DNA of 64,000 nucleotides from Candidatus Woykebacteria bacterium (GCA_040876265.1 JBBDPN010000002.1:100818-164817); one strand, 5' to 3'; counted from the first letter of the stretch, positions 47,111 to 58,026 are shown. Notes: generated by a model not told the origin, from the sequence alone. Numbers and translations: made by a program.

Positions 47111-47516
47111 AGAAGTTCTCCTTCCCGTACTGATCCCGTCCGATTTGAGGCGAAAGTATAACACGAATTCTTTCCAAAGTCAATAACTATAAGATACTTA
47201 TTGGCCTCGGATCGATCTAAATTAACCTGTCGGTTGGCCCTTGCCAATCGATCACGGCGTTTTTTCGGCTTTCTCTTAGCACTTGTCACTAATTGGTCTT
47301 TTGATGTATTATGTTGCGGTTGATTTTGAAGCTCCCTTTGTTGATAATAGAGGCACAGAAGAGAGACGATATTGCCCTGAGCGGTTGGAAGAAGAGGGCC
47401 GAAAGTTAATAGAAATACACGGTAACCTTTTTGGTGAAGGTAATTTAAGTCTTGCAGCTTTTGGCTTTCAACGGCAAATATTTTGCAATATCGTCCTCTC
47501 CGGAAAGCTTATCTGG

Positions 47517-48089
47517 ATGCAGACACACCCAATACCACAAAACGTAACTGCTTTTGAGTTTAAGCTCGTGGGCTTTCTGACTCTAAAGCAATTTCTATAC
47601 CTGGCCGCAGCTGGAATTATTTCGTTTGTAATCTTTGTCTCCGGTAGTAGCATCTTAAGATTTTTCATAATTGCGCCGGTGGCCCTAATAGGATTAGCAC
47701 TTGCTTTTGTGCCGATCAACGGTATGTCGTTTGATAAGTGGGTCGTGGTATTTATCCGAGCCATCACCTCCCCTTCTCGGAGGATCTGGTCCAAGGAGCC
47801 AAAAATATTCAGCTTTCTGGAACCCCAATTCGCTTCTTACCTGCGCCGTCCAGTGCAAAAGCAGTCTGTTCAAAGTACTGATCGAAGTAGACTGGAGTCT
47901 TACTTGGAAAAACTAAGAACAGAAAAAAAGACCAACAAACTCGACGCTGTGGAGCGAACTCGACTATCATCGTTAAATTTTAGAGAAGTTTTCCAACAAA
48001 ACAAAGAGCCGGGAGAAAGAAGGCCGAAACAAACAGAAGCCACCAGTGCTTTTGCACCGTCCCTATCGCCAGAAAGGAGAGATCAGTAA
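47517..48089 (+). CDS. PrgI family protein (VirB3-like)
   Basis: HPIPQNVTAFEFKLVGFLTLKQF, 2 TM. Confidence 0.9.
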   Translation: MQTHPIPQNVTAFEFKLVGFLTLKQFLYLAAAGIISFVIFVSGSSILRFFIIAPVALIGLALAFVPINGMSFDKWVVVFIRAITSPSRRIWSKEPKIFSFLEPQFASYLRRPVQKQSVQSTDRSRLESYLEKLRTEKKTNKLDAVERTRLSSLNFREVFQQNKEPGERRPKQTEATSAFAPSLSPERRDQ

Positions 48090-50057
48090 ATGGCTGAAGG
48101 TCCAGTGGTGCACAGAAGAATACAAGCCGGAGGCCCACCCTCTGATTTACCGGATAAAGCTTTATATTACCCTGGTAAACCTTTGAGTCATCGCTACCAG
48201 CCGACCGAGAAAACAAGGCGCTTTGAGGTACCCAGGCCGTCTGATCAACCAAAGCTCGCCGGGGTATCTTCCCTACCGCCTATTGCTTCGGTGCGGTACC
48301 CAGACAAAGACGTTTATTTGTCCCCAGTTTCAAACATGCGGCCCAGAAATCTTCAACCCCTGGCGACAAGTGGTAGAGTGACGGTGCCGGGACCAGGCGC
48401 CGCTACACATGAAATTTCTGAAGAACTTCGCCAACCTCTGGAGAAGAGAGTAGCCAGGCTGGTCGATCAGTCTAAAAACCCAAGCCGCCCACCCCCGCAA
48501 GAAACTGTTAAACTAGCTACGGACACTGAGACCGCGCAACCGGCTGCTCCCAGAGAGCAGATTGTTACTGAACTTGAAAATTTAAAAAAATCAGCCGCGC
48601 AGGAGTTGGCTAAAAGGTCTGGGCAGCAAATTGCTCCCTCAAATACAACGACCCCTGCTCCGTCAGTGCCGGTACCAACGAAGCCTACGACCACCGCCGA
48701 ACCGGCACCGTCGACACCGCTTTCAGCTAATACACCAGCACCCACAGTGACCGATGAAGGAACCAAACAGCTCCTGTCCCAGGCTGAGCAACTTGAGAGT
48801 GAGCTGTCTAAATTACGCCAGGGGATAATCGAAAAGAGAGAGGAGTCAGAAAAAGAGCGGGTGAAAATAAAGCAGACGGAGGAGCAGCACGAAGCGCAGA
48901 TACAGCAACTGGTCGGCGATCGAGCCAGCCTCTCAAAAAGAATCAACGAATTAACCGCCGCTCACAGTGAAGAACTAAACCAACGCAAAGAATTGGAGTC
49001 TAATATCGAGGGTTTGACCGCCGATTACGAGCAGAGGCTTTCGCGTCTCCGAACTGAAAAGGATGAGCTTGCAGCTGCTAGGGCAAGGGAGGCTGAGAGG
49101 GTACAGGAGCTGCAAAATAGCACCAATGAACTTTCGAAAAACTTTGAAGAAAAACTGGGTGAAATCCAAACTGAAAAGGCCCGATTACTAGCCCAAATAA
49201 ACACGCTGGCGGAGTCTCAAAAGTCTCTGCAGGAACAGCAGTCCTTAAATGCCTCCCAAGCAGCGGGGAATACAAGGTTGAAGGAGGAGCTAGAAAACAC
49301 CCAAAGGGAGTTGAGCGCAACTGCAGAACAAAATAAAAACTTAGAAGCAACCGCTCAGGAACTGCGAACCAATTTTAATACTCTTAATAGCGAGACCGCA
49401 AAATTGAAAAGCGATCTAGAGGCTACCCAAAAAAACTCGGCCCAGATCGGCGGGCAAGTTGGACAGCTAACATCACAAGCTCAAGAATTGAAAAAAGAAT
49501 TGGCAGCAAAAGATCAGGAAAATTTGAGATTGAGGGGGGAGCTGGAGGGTACCCAAAAACGTTCGTCTGAGATAAGCGGAAAAAACAGCAGCCTAGAATC
49601 TTTAATCCAAAGGCTGCAGCAAGAAATAACTAAGCAACGGCCCCAGCCTCAAGTTCAAGAAACGAAACCACCTCCGCCACCCTTAGCCCCGGATGGTTCT
49701 GTAACAACGACGGGGGCCAAGCAAGAGGAGCGATCAGCGGTAAGGGTAGTCCGACCAACACCAGCGGTCGGGAAGATGGCACCCTCACTTACTAGTGCTC
49801 CCAATGTAATCAATGGTATAGTCAAGGCTTCGGACGGCTCCTTACTTTCGAACGTCATCATCGTAGTCAAAGACGGTAGTGGCCAACCAGTAAGAGCCTT
49901 AAAAACCAATAAGATTGGGCAATTTGCGATATCCACCCCCCTACCCAACAGCACCTATACTATGGATATCGAATCCCCCGGCCACACTTTCGATGTAATA
50001 GAAGTAGGTGTGACTGGTCACGTGCTTCCGCCAATAGAAATAAAAGCAACCAGTTAG
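48090..50057 (+). CDS. Pro-rich/coiled-coil protein with C-terminal carboxypeptidase-regulatory-like domain
   Basis: Long heptad region; PNVINGIV...PVRALKTNKIGQF; T4SS operon. Confidence 0.75.
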   Translation: MAEGPVVHRRIQAGGPPSDLPDKALYYPGKPLSHRYQPTEKTRRFEVPRPSDQPKLAGVSSLPPIASVRYPDKDVYLSPVSNMRPRNLQPLATSGRVTVPGPGAATHEISEELRQPLEKRVARLVDQSKNPSRPPPQETVKLATDTETAQPAAPREQIVTELENLKKSAAQELAKRSGQQIAPSNTTTPAPSVPVPTKPTTTAEPAPSTPLSANTPAPTVTDEGTKQLLSQAEQLESELSKLRQGIIEKREESEKERVKIKQTEEQHEAQIQQLVGDRASLSKRINELTAAHSEELNQRKELESNIEGLTADYEQRLSRLRTEKDELAAARAREAERVQELQNSTNELSKNFEEKLGEIQTEKARLLAQINTLAESQKSLQEQQSLNASQAAGNTRLKEELENTQRELSATAEQNKNLEATAQELRTNFNTLNSETAKLKSDLEATQKNSAQIGGQVGQLTSQAQELKKELAAKDQENLRLRGELEGTQKRSSEISGKNSSLESLIQRLQQEITKQRPQPQVQETKPPPPPLAPDGSVTTTGAKQEERSAVRVVRPTPAVGKMAPSLTSAPNVINGIVKASDGSLLSNVIIVVKDGSGQPVRALKTNKIGQFAISTPLPNSTYTMDIESPGHTFDVIEVGVTGHVLPPIEIKATS

Positions 50058-50062
50058 TTACC

Positions 50063-50953
50063 ATGGATAAACTCGGCAACGTATCATCAACTCAAGAGCA
50101 TCTGGACATAGAGGACGTTAGAGACGACGTTGTTCTCCTGAAAAATGGAAGCGCAACGGCTGTTCTACAAACAACCGCTGTGAATTTTGATTTACTTTCT
50201 GAAACCGAGCAAGACGCTATGATATTTGCTTTTGCGGCCACGCTTAATTCCCTTACCTATCCAATCCAAATTTTAATCAGAACCAAAAGGATGGATATAT
50301 CCAATTACCTGCTACGGGTCCAGGAAGCCGGAGCTCGGACTCATAATCCTAATCTTGCTGTTCAGATAGAAAAATACGAGAATTTCATCAAAGAGCTTGT
50401 TTCAAGAAACCAAGTACTTGATAAACGTTTCTACGTGGCTGTCCCTTACATCGGGATCGACCTTTCCCAAGTAACTTCAAATATAACCGGCCTTTTCAAA
50501 AAACGAAGCCCTAACATCAGTAGGGGGGCTTTGTTGGAAAGGGCCAAGGTTAATCTAGAACCTAAGGTGGACCACCTTATCAAACAATTTAGTCGAATCG
50601 GCGTAAAGACCGTCCGGCTCAATACCGAAGAACTCGTCGAGCTTTTTTACGACCTATACAACCCCGACGTCGCCAGAGAACAAAAGGCCGCCCTCGAACC
50701 AGCCGAGTACAGTACGCCAATTGTAGAGCCGTCGCTAGCCCCCTCTTACGAAGAGGTCCCAATCGAGGATAATACTTCAGAAACCGCGCCGGAGCCGGAG
50801 ATTACAACCGACCAAGGCAGTCCTACCGCAGTCCAACCGGCTCAGCCGTCAACCGGGGAGCAAGAGAGCGGACAAGTACGGGAGGGGCAGGCTGGAATTA
50901 AACCTGCTGCAGAAACAGCTGACGTGCCCAACACAAGTGGGGAACAAAAATGA
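50063..50953 (+). CDS. Conserved T4SS protein preceding VirB4
   Basis: STQEHLDIEDVRDD, VNFDLLSE.EQDA. Confidence 0.8.
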   Translation: MDKLGNVSSTQEHLDIEDVRDDVVLLKNGSATAVLQTTAVNFDLLSETEQDAMIFAFAATLNSLTYPIQILIRTKRMDISNYLLRVQEAGARTHNPNLAVQIEKYENFIKELVSRNQVLDKRFYVAVPYIGIDLSQVTSNITGLFKKRSPNISRGALLERAKVNLEPKVDHLIKQFSRIGVKTVRLNTEELVELFYDLYNPDVAREQKAALEPAEYSTPIVEPSLAPSYEEVPIEDNTSETAPEPEITTDQGSPTAVQPAQPSTGEQESGQVREGQAGIKPAAETADVPNTSGEQK

Positions 50954-52776
50954 AATTATCAAGTTTTTTTCCACAAAAAAAGAGGCCGTCGCTTTCCGCC
51001 CAAGAGGCTAAGGAACAGCAGACACGTGACCAAGTCACCCAATACTTAGGTCGGGGTATGGTGGACGTAAAAGATGTAATCGCCCCACCAGCGATAGAAA
51101 TAGATTTTGACCATGTCAAAGTTGGTAATATATATTACCGAACTCTATTTGTTTCCGGTTACCCAAGGTTTGTCGGGGCAAACTGGCTAGCACCCCTCAT
51201 AAACTTTGATCACACGCTAGATATATCTTTCTACTATTACCCTGCTGAAACGAAAGGCATTTTGGATGATTTACGCCGCAAGACCGCTGAAATGGAAGCG
51301 ACGATAGAATCTGACCTACAGGCCGGCAGGGTACTGGACCCAGCCATAAACACAGCTCTCGAGGACGCTAGGTCTCTTCAAGAGCAGCTTGCTACCGGGA
51401 TAGAGAGGTTTTTCCAGTTTACCTTTTATATTAAAATTCCGGCCCCAACTTTAGAAGAACTCGACTATATTACCAAGCAAGTCGAAGCCGCGGCCGGATC
51501 CCTGCTGATCATCACCAAGCACGCTACCCTGCAGCAAGAGGCGGCACTGCAATCAACCCTACCGCTTTTTGTCGATAAACTCTTTGCCATCCGAAATATG
51601 GATACCACCTCCCTGGCTACAACATTCCCCTTCACTAGCTCAGAACTGACTGCAAACGAAGGTGTCCTCTACGGAATAAATGAGCACAACGGCTCTCTGG
51701 TGATTTTTGATCGTTTTACCCTTGAAAATGCTAATAGCGTCGTCTTCGCCAAAAGTGGTGCTGGTAAAAGCTACATGGTCAAACTCGAAGCCTTACGGGC
51801 GTTGATGTTCGGAACGGAAATAATTGTTATAGATCCCGAAAACGAATATAAAGAGCTCTCTGATACTATCGGAGGTGAGTATATAAACTTTGCCCAAAGT
51901 CGTCCATCACGGATAAACCCCTTTGACCTCTCTGGGGTGTATGAGGAAGGTGAAAACGAGCTGGGCCTAAAAATACTTTCCCTGCACTCGTTGCTAAGAA
52001 TAATGCTTGGTAGTCTTTCGCCAAATGAGGATGCGATCCTTGATAGAGCTTTGATAAACACGTATAAACTTGCTGGTATCACTCCTGATCCTGCCACCCA
52101 AACAAAAAAAGCTCCTCTTCTTGGAGACCTCTACAACGTGTTGGAAAATATGGCGGAGCCTCAAGCCAGGGATATGGCCGGGCGCTTGGAAAAATTCATC
52201 CGTGGTTCATTAAGTGGCATTTTCGACCAAGAAAGCACTATTGATATAAAAAACACCTTTACCATTTTTTCCATCGCTGACCTACAAGATGAGCTCCGCC
52301 CGGTAGCCATGTTTATTATCCTCGATTATGTGTGGACGCGGATAAAAAAGGATCGGAAAAAACGGTTGTTAATTGTTGATGAGGCCTGGTATTTGATGAA
52401 GTACCAAGATTCCGCTTCGTTCATGTACTCAATTGCAAAACGGGCCCGAAAATACAATCTCGGCTTGACCACCATAACTCAGGACGTTGAGGACTTCCTT
52501 GGCTCAGATTACGGTAAGGCAATTGTCACCAACTCCTCTGTACAAATCTTGCTGAAACAAAGCGCGGCTGCTATTGCAGAGGTAGTTGAGGTATTCTACC
52601 TTTCCGAGGGAGAAAAGAATTTGTTGCTTGCGGCGGATGTGGGCGAGGGTCTATTTTTTGCCGGACCAAATCACGTCGCCATCCGGGTCCAAGCGTCTCC
52701 AGATGAACACGCTATTCTTACTGCTGGTGCGAAGGGGTCCTCGCCGCAACCATCGATTGATAATCCTCAGGAGTGA
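50950..52776 (+). CDS. virB4: VirB4-like type IV secretion ATPase
   Basis: Walker A AKSGAGKS, IDPENEY, Walker B IVDEAW, RARKY, TQDVEDF. Confidence 0.92.
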   Translation: MKLSSFFPQKKRPSLSAQEAKEQQTRDQVTQYLGRGMVDVKDVIAPPAIEIDFDHVKVGNIYYRTLFVSGYPRFVGANWLAPLINFDHTLDISFYYYPAETKGILDDLRRKTAEMEATIESDLQAGRVLDPAINTALEDARSLQEQLATGIERFFQFTFYIKIPAPTLEELDYITKQVEAAAGSLLIITKHATLQQEAALQSTLPLFVDKLFAIRNMDTTSLATTFPFTSSELTANEGVLYGINEHNGSLVIFDRFTLENANSVVFAKSGAGKSYMVKLEALRALMFGTEIIVIDPENEYKELSDTIGGEYINFAQSRPSRINPFDLSGVYEEGENELGLKILSLHSLLRIMLGSLSPNEDAILDRALINTYKLAGITPDPATQTKKAPLLGDLYNVLENMAEPQARDMAGRLEKFIRGSLSGIFDQESTIDIKNTFTIFSIADLQDELRPVAMFIILDYVWTRIKKDRKKRLLIVDEAWYLMKYQDSASFMYSIAKRARKYNLGLTTITQDVEDFLGSDYGKAIVTNSSVQILLKQSAAAIAEVVEVFYLSEGEKNLLLAADVGEGLFFAGPNHVAIRVQASPDEHAILTAGAKGSSPQPSIDNPQE

Positions 52777-53852
52777 TGAACCTGTCCGTTACTCAACCTC
52801 ATAACGTTCGCCTTTTTCCAAATCTCCTCTGGCAAAGATCCTAGATCAGTGGTGGTAATAATCACTTGTTTACTATAAATCTTGGCCAACAAATGCCTAT
52901 TTTTTCCGTCCAATTCACTGGTAATATCGTCCAGTAGAATAGTTGGGGCCTCGCCATAAACCTCGTCAAATATCTTGGCTTCACTAATTTTTAGCAGTAA
53001 AACAGCTTGACGCTGCTCAGCCCTGGAACCAAAACTGGGAAGCTCTTTTTGAACAATAGCTGTTCCTTTCTTCTGCTCGATTATGACTTTAAAATCGTCG
53101 CGATGGGGCCCGAAGCTAGTTACTAAAAATCTTCTCTCCAAAGCTCTCATCGATCTTAATTGTTTTTGAAAAAGTTCCACAAAAGCCTTAGGATTTTGAC
53201 CCTCAAACGCACTTCTGTATTTTATAAATACCAGCTTTTCAGTGAGGTTAACTGATTGAGCCCTTAATAACCGGTTAATTTTCCAAATAGCTGCCGCTCT
53301 AGCGATCCAAATTTTACTACCTAATTTTGCCAACGTTTGATCCCAAACCGCTAGTTCTTCCTCCCTTGCCGAGAGTTTCAAAAGCCTATTCTTATTATTT
53401 AGGGCCCTCTGATAATCTATTAAGGCTCTTAGGTAATTTCTATCGACTGTCGATATCAACCTGTCCAACCATGATCTTCTTAAAGAAGGGGGTCCAGAAA
53501 CTATCTCTATTTCTTGGGGATGGAATACTACGCAAACAAACTTGCCTATCAACGAGAGGCCGCCCTTTACTTTACCGTTGATCAATATCTTCGTGGGCTC
53601 GCCGCGTTTCAAGATGATCCTAATGTTAAAATTTTCAATCACGCCTTCCACGAGGGACTCGTCTTCATCCCAATTTATCACCTTGGCCTTTTCATCTCGA
53701 AAGGCCCTACCGTAGGCTAAAAGGTAGATGGCCTCTAGAATATTAGTTTTGCCCTGGCCGTTATCTCCAACAATGATGTTAAACCCGGGACGGAACTCCA
53801 CAACCAAATTCTCTAAGTTACGTAGGTTTTTTACAATGAGTCGCCTAATCAT
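52767..53852 (-). CDS. recF: DNA replication/repair protein RecF
   Basis: GDNGQGKTNILEAI, GPHRDD, LLDDITSELD. Confidence 0.95.
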   Translation of the reverse strand: MIRRLIVKNLRNLENLVVEFRPGFNIIVGDNGQGKTNILEAIYLLAYGRAFRDEKAKVINWDEDESLVEGVIENFNIRIILKRGEPTKILINGKVKGGLSLIGKFVCVVFHPQEIEIVSGPPSLRRSWLDRLISTVDRNYLRALIDYQRALNNKNRLLKLSAREEELAVWDQTLAKLGSKIWIARAAAIWKINRLLRAQSVNLTEKLVFIKYRSAFEGQNPKAFVELFQKQLRSMRALERRFLVTSFGPHRDDFKVIIEQKKGTAIVQKELPSFGSRAEQRQAVLLLKISEAKIFDEVYGEAPTILLDDITSELDGKNRHLLAKIYSKQVIITTTDLGSLPEEIWKKANVMRLSNGQVHHS

Positions 53853-54957
53853 CTACTGATGTCGTTCTAACCGGCATAACTACGTGGGTAAGATTATTGT
53901 CCTTATCGCCCCGCAAGAGAGCTGCGCTCGTGGACCCACTAAAGGAGATCCTAATCTCGCTACTCTTAATTGAACCCGCCGCTTCGATTAGAAACCTTGA
54001 ATTGAAAGCGGCTTTTAACCTTTCCCCGCTGTTTTTAGCGGCCACTTTTGTGGTGGCTTCGCCCACAGAAGCAGTACTTGCGGCCACTATCAGCTGCCCC
54101 TCTTCCGTGGAAAGTCGTGCGACATTACCAATATCTTTCGCAAATAAGGCCGCTAACTTTACCGCATCCGAGAATTCTTTGGAGTTCAGCCGCGTTTCGG
54201 CGACGTAAGAGGTCGGAATTATCTGCTCATAGTTTGGGTAATCACCATCCAGCAACCTCGTGGTGATCGTAGAGTCCGTGGATTTCAATCTTACTTGGTT
54301 GTTTTCCAAGTTACTGGCAATTTCAACTTTAGTCCCTTCCTTGTCGGTCAGTATTCTTGCTGCCTCCCTGAGTACTCTAGCAGGGACAAGGACATCAATT
54401 TTCCCCTGAAGCTCCAAACCTTTCTTTGCTAGTCGGTACCCATCAGTGGCTACCATCTCACCGCTACCCTTATCTACTCTGAGCAACACCCCGGTGAGGA
54501 TAGGCCGCCCCTCCTCTGGAGCAGCGCTAAAGGCGATTTGGGCGATTGCCTCCAAGAGCTCTTGGGCCTCGATCTCAATCTTCCCTTGGGGTTCAAATTT
54601 AGCAATGTCCGGGTACTCCCGCTCACTCATGGTTGGAAAGCTAGCTTCGGCTTGCCCCCCCTTAGCGGATAGGGTGTCTTTGCGTAGCTCCAAGGTTACG
54701 TTGTCGCCACTTACGGCTTGGCAAAAATCAACCAAGATTTTGGCCGGGGCTGTAATTTTTCCGTCGCCCAAAACCTTTGCGGATAGGCGATGGTGTATCG
54801 TTGTTTCCAAATCGGTACCGACTATTTCTAACCTGCCTCTCTGGGCATCCAGCAGAAAGTTTCCCAACACCGGAAGGCTGGGCCGCGGTGAGATTACTTG
54901 CATCACCAAAGCCGCTGTTTTTATAAACTGATCCTTAATCAAGACAACTTTAAACAT
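53845..54957 (-). CDS. dnaN: DNA polymerase III beta clamp
   Basis: GTDLE, RPILTGV, ATDGYRLA, YPNYEQIIP, VMPVR. Confidence 0.97.
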   Translation of the reverse strand: MFKVVLIKDQFIKTAALVMQVISPRPSLPVLGNFLLDAQRGRLEIVGTDLETTIHHRLSAKVLGDGKITAPAKILVDFCQAVSGDNVTLELRKDTLSAKGGQAEASFPTMSEREYPDIAKFEPQGKIEIEAQELLEAIAQIAFSAAPEEGRPILTGVLLRVDKGSGEMVATDGYRLAKKGLELQGKIDVLVPARVLREAARILTDKEGTKVEIASNLENNQVRLKSTDSTITTRLLDGDYPNYEQIIPTSYVAETRLNSKEFSDAVKLAALFAKDIGNVARLSTEEGQLIVAASTASVGEATTKVAAKNSGERLKAAFNSRFLIEAAGSIKSSEIRISFSGSTSAALLRGDKDNNLTHVVMPVRTTSVDD

Positions 54958-55073
54958 ACTTCATAATTACTGATTAATTATAATAGATTAGTAATATTAG
55001 TAAACTAGGTGGACAAGACAATACTAAGGTTTGGAGCAGGATTGAAAAACCCGGTTGATTAACCGGTTAACTA
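54958..55073. other. Candidate oriC (dnaA-dnaN intergenic)
   Basis: AT-rich TAA/TAG trio-like tract 54961-55007 beside a degenerate DnaA box GGTGGACAA (55008-55016). Confidence 0.55.
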
Positions 55074-56444
55074 CTAGTTATTAAATATTCCAGATTTTAG
55101 CTCCTCTACAATTCGGGCTATTTCCGTATCGTTCTCCACCATATTTTCCACCTTATTAACGGAATAAATGACGGTAGTGTGGTCTTTATCGTTAAAGCGG
55201 CGAGCAATCTCATAGAAAGACTTGTTACTTGCCTTGCGTAACAAATACATAGCTACTTGGCGTGGGAAAACATGCTCTCTTGAACGGCTAGTGCCTTTTA
55301 GAACGGCAACAGGTAGGGAAAAGTACGAGGCCACCCTTTCCAGAACTTGGGCGGCGGTTTTTTTGCCCTGTTTTTGCAAACCTATCGCCGTTTTTATAGT
55401 CTCTCGATCAATTTTTGTATTAGTTAGCCTCGCCACCGCGGCCACTCTTAATAGAGCCCCCTCCAGCTCCCTAATACTAGAGCCAAGCTGCACCGCCAAG
55501 AGTTTGATGAGCGGGAACTCGATACTAAGGCCGAGCCTTTTGGCCTTCGCGAGTAATATTGCCTCCCGTAGTTCTAAGTCCGGTGGGTCGATTTTCGCCA
55601 CCATACCCCCAACGAAACGATTCTTGAGACGTTCCTCCAAGTTCGAAAGCTCGCTGGGATCGCGGTCGCAGGAAAGCACAATCTGCTTACTCTTGGCGTG
55701 CAGCTCATTGAAGGTATGGAAAAATTGCTCCTGCGTACTTTCGCGCCCAGCGATAAATTGAACGTCATCCACTAGTAAGAGGTCCAGATTGCGGTATTTC
55801 TCCCGGAAAATAATTGTTTGTTTTTTCTGTATAGCTTCCACCATATCATTTGTGAAGGTTTCGCTTGAAATATACAGGGCTTTGGCGTCGGGGTTCCTGA
55901 TCAGGAAAGACTGGCCAATCGCCTGGAGTAGGTGGGTTTTGCCAACACCGACACCGCCGTACACAAGAAGGGGATTATACCTTCCGGCGGGGTAGTCAGC
56001 GACCGCTTTGCCGACGGCGTAGGCTAATTGGTTTGATTGTCCAACGATGAAATTCGAAAACGAGTAGTGCTGGCTGACCGCGGCTACTTTAAAAGATTTC
56101 TGGAGTGAAGGGCCTGGGTCTTCTTCGAATAACGGGACGGAAAGGGCCTCCTTGGGTTTTTTCCGGGTTTTTTCCTGGGTTTGAACCTGGGAGGAGACGG
56201 AAAAGGTAAGGGCGGTGTTTATACCAGTAACACGATCCAAGATCTCTTTAATTGTTCCTTGGTAACGCTCTTCGATCCAAATTTTGTTATATGCAGACGC
56301 ACAACCTACCTCGACCACGCCATTTTCAATATTTAAAATTGCCGTTTTCCCCCTGAACCATGTCTGAAAATTAGCCCCCGACAGGGCTAATTGTAATTCT
56401 GTTAATACTGACCCCCACAGGGAAACCTTATCTAAATCCATCAT
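55074..56444 (-). CDS. dnaA: Chromosomal replication initiator DnaA
   Basis: YNPL..YGGVGVGKTHL, DDVQF, QEQFFHTFN, DHTTV; start uncertain (56441-56498). Confidence 0.98.
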   Translation of the reverse strand: MMDLDKVSLWGSVLTELQLALSGANFQTWFRGKTAILNIENGVVEVGCASAYNKIWIEERYQGTIKEILDRVTGINTALTFSVSSQVQTQEKTRKKPKEALSVPLFEEDPGPSLQKSFKVAAVSQHYSFSNFIVGQSNQLAYAVGKAVADYPAGRYNPLLVYGGVGVGKTHLLQAIGQSFLIRNPDAKALYISSETFTNDMVEAIQKKQTIIFREKYRNLDLLLVDDVQFIAGRESTQEQFFHTFNELHAKSKQIVLSCDRDPSELSNLEERLKNRFVGGMVAKIDPPDLELREAILLAKAKRLGLSIEFPLIKLLAVQLGSSIRELEGALLRVAAVARLTNTKIDRETIKTAIGLQKQGKKTAAQVLERVASYFSLPVAVLKGTSRSREHVFPRQVAMYLLRKASNKSFYEIARRFNDKDHTTVIYSVNKVENMVENDTEIARIVEELKSGIFNN

Positions 56445-56587
56445 AAACAAAGCTATTGGGCAAGAGATTGAGTGAACAGGTTTGGAAGCAATCGCCACCT
56501 AAAGCCCTACTATATTAACAAGCGCTCTTGCAAAAGCGTCAAGAGATAGAAAGTGTAGCAAAAGAGATCGCTCTAAATTAACTAGAA

Positions 56588-56616
56588 TTGACAAAGAGGA
56601 GGACCGCCTCTATAAT
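56588..56616 (+). promoter_or_regulatory. Consensus sigma70 promoter of the rpmH operon
   Basis: TTGACA-N17-TATAAT. Confidence 0.85.
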
Positions 56617-56639
56617 TTTGTCGTTATTTTGCTTATTTT

Positions 56640-56777
56640 ATGACCAAACGAACATACCAACCCAAAAAATTAAAAAGAAAGCGAAAGTTCGGGTTCAGGA
56701 CTAGAATGAAAAGCAAGGCCGGTAAGAGGATAATCGGAGCGAGAAGAGCCAAGAGCCGGAAAAAGCTAGCGGTCTAA
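56640..56777 (+). CDS. rpmH: 50S ribosomal protein L34
   Basis: [23 protein letters not shown]...; missed by ORF track because it is 45 aa. Confidence 0.97.
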   Translation: MTKRTYQPKKLKRKRKFGFRTRMKSKAGKRIIGARRAKSRKKLAV

Positions 56778-56781
56778 ATTG

Positions 56782-57126
56782 ATGCTTCCTAAGCGATCCA
56801 GGTTAAAGATAAATAGAGCGCAACAGTTTAAATGGAGAGATAAAAAGCAAATCTACACACCGCTCTTCAAATTAGTTTTTCATTATTCTAGAAATTCGCC
56901 GAAACCCAGAATAGGGTTCATCGTACCCGGTAGGATAAAGGGGGCGGTTAAGAGAAACAGGATACGGCGATTGTTGACTGAGGCCGTGAAAGAGAGGATA
57001 AATAAGTTCCCGCCGGATATCGAGGCGATATTGATCGCAAACACAGAAGTAGAGAAAGCAACGTATGAAGACGTTATTACTTGGATTAATAAAATTATAT
57101 CAAAAATACATATCCCCAATGAATAA
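56782..57126 (+). CDS. rnpA: Ribonuclease P protein component
   Basis: [17 protein letters not shown]; synteny. Confidence 0.93.
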   Translation: MLPKRSRLKINRAQQFKWRDKKQIYTPLFKLVFHYSRNSPKPRIGFIVPGRIKGAVKRNRIRRLLTEAVKERINKFPPDIEAILIANTEVEKATYEDVITWINKIISKIHIPNE

Positions 57127-57289
57127 ACTTTTCTTGGGCACGGTGAGCTGTAGGTACTATCCGACCTGCTCGTCTTACTCCTACCAAGTCATCGAGAAAT
57201 ATGGCGCGTTTAAGGGCTCTGTTTTAAGTCTGGCAAGAATTACCCGTTGCCACCCGTTCTCGAAAGGAGGCTTTGACCCAGTCACATGA
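57065..57289 (+). CDS. yidD: Membrane protein insertion efficiency factor
   Basis: [29 protein letters not shown]. Confidence 0.96.
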   Translation: MKTLLLGLIKLYQKYISPMNKLFLGTVSCRYYPTCSSYSYQVIEKYGAFKGSVLSLARITRCHPFSKGGFDPVT

Positions 57290-58026
57290 TTGATTTATTT
57301 GTCCAGGTCATGTTAGGCCTAAATAAATTTCTGTTTAATAACCTAGGACTAACAATCATTGTCGTTGGTCTTTTGTCCCGGGCTGTGTTCTATCCCTTTT
57401 TTGCTAATAGCATCCGGTACTCAAAGGCGATGCGAGATTTGAAACCAAGGCTGGACGCACTCCGTAAGAAGCATAAAGGCGATATGCAAAAACTAGCTGC
57501 GGAACAATCACGGCTTTTTAAAGAAGCGGGAGTAAACCCGGCAGCTAGCGTGCTTGGCTGTTTTAGTATGATAATTCAGATCGGCATATTTTTCTTACTA
57601 TTCCAGTCAATTAATAGGGTTATCACATCTGATATAAATACTAATTTTCTGCTTTGGGATCTCGCCAAACCAGACGCCTATAGAGTCGAAGGCCTACCAG
57701 TAGCCATACCAGGTGTATTGGTTATTTTGACTGCGGTGCTGACATTTTTCCAATCAAAGATGATTGCACCACCAGCAGAAACGAAAAAGCCGCAAAAGAG
57801 GGGGCAGAGTGGGGAAAAACCAGATATTTCAGACGCTATATCTGCCTCCACTGGCCAACTAGCCTACATAATCCCAGTAGTTATCCTGGTTTTCGGTACA
57901 ACCTTTGCCGCCGGCCTGGCTCTGTATTGGTTCGTAAGTACGGCTTTCGGTATAATTCAGCAATATAATATAACCGGACTAGGAGGTTTAGAACCATGGT
58001 TAAAAAGATTACGACCGGCAAAATAG
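57286..58026 (+). CDS. yidC: Membrane protein insertase YidC
   Basis: M..LKP.L..L.KK, GVNP...GC, FLLWDL.KPD, GLALYW. Confidence 0.95.
   Translation: MIDLFVQVMLGLNKFLFNNLGLTIIVVGLLSRAVFYPFFANSIRYSKAMRDLKPRLDALRKKHKGDMQKLAAEQSRLFKEAGVNPAASVLGCFSMIIQIGIFFLLFQSINRVITSDINTNFLLWDLAKPDAYRVEGLPVAIPGVLVILTAVLTFFQSKMIAPPAETKKPQKRGQSGEKPDISDAISASTGQLAYIIPVVILVFGTTFAAGLALYWFVSTAFGIIQQYNITGLGGLEPWLKRLRPAK

Noticed and set aside
47098-47516. Extended PrgI N-terminus and minus-strand open frame
   Set aside because: PrgI homology begins at ATG 47517; the minus frame lacks a credible start and overlaps the promoter of the 47110 gene
35236-52776. Integrative conjugative element or prophage
   Set aside because: No relaxase, integrase, att repeats or phage genes; the layout matches the chromosomal Patescibacteria system
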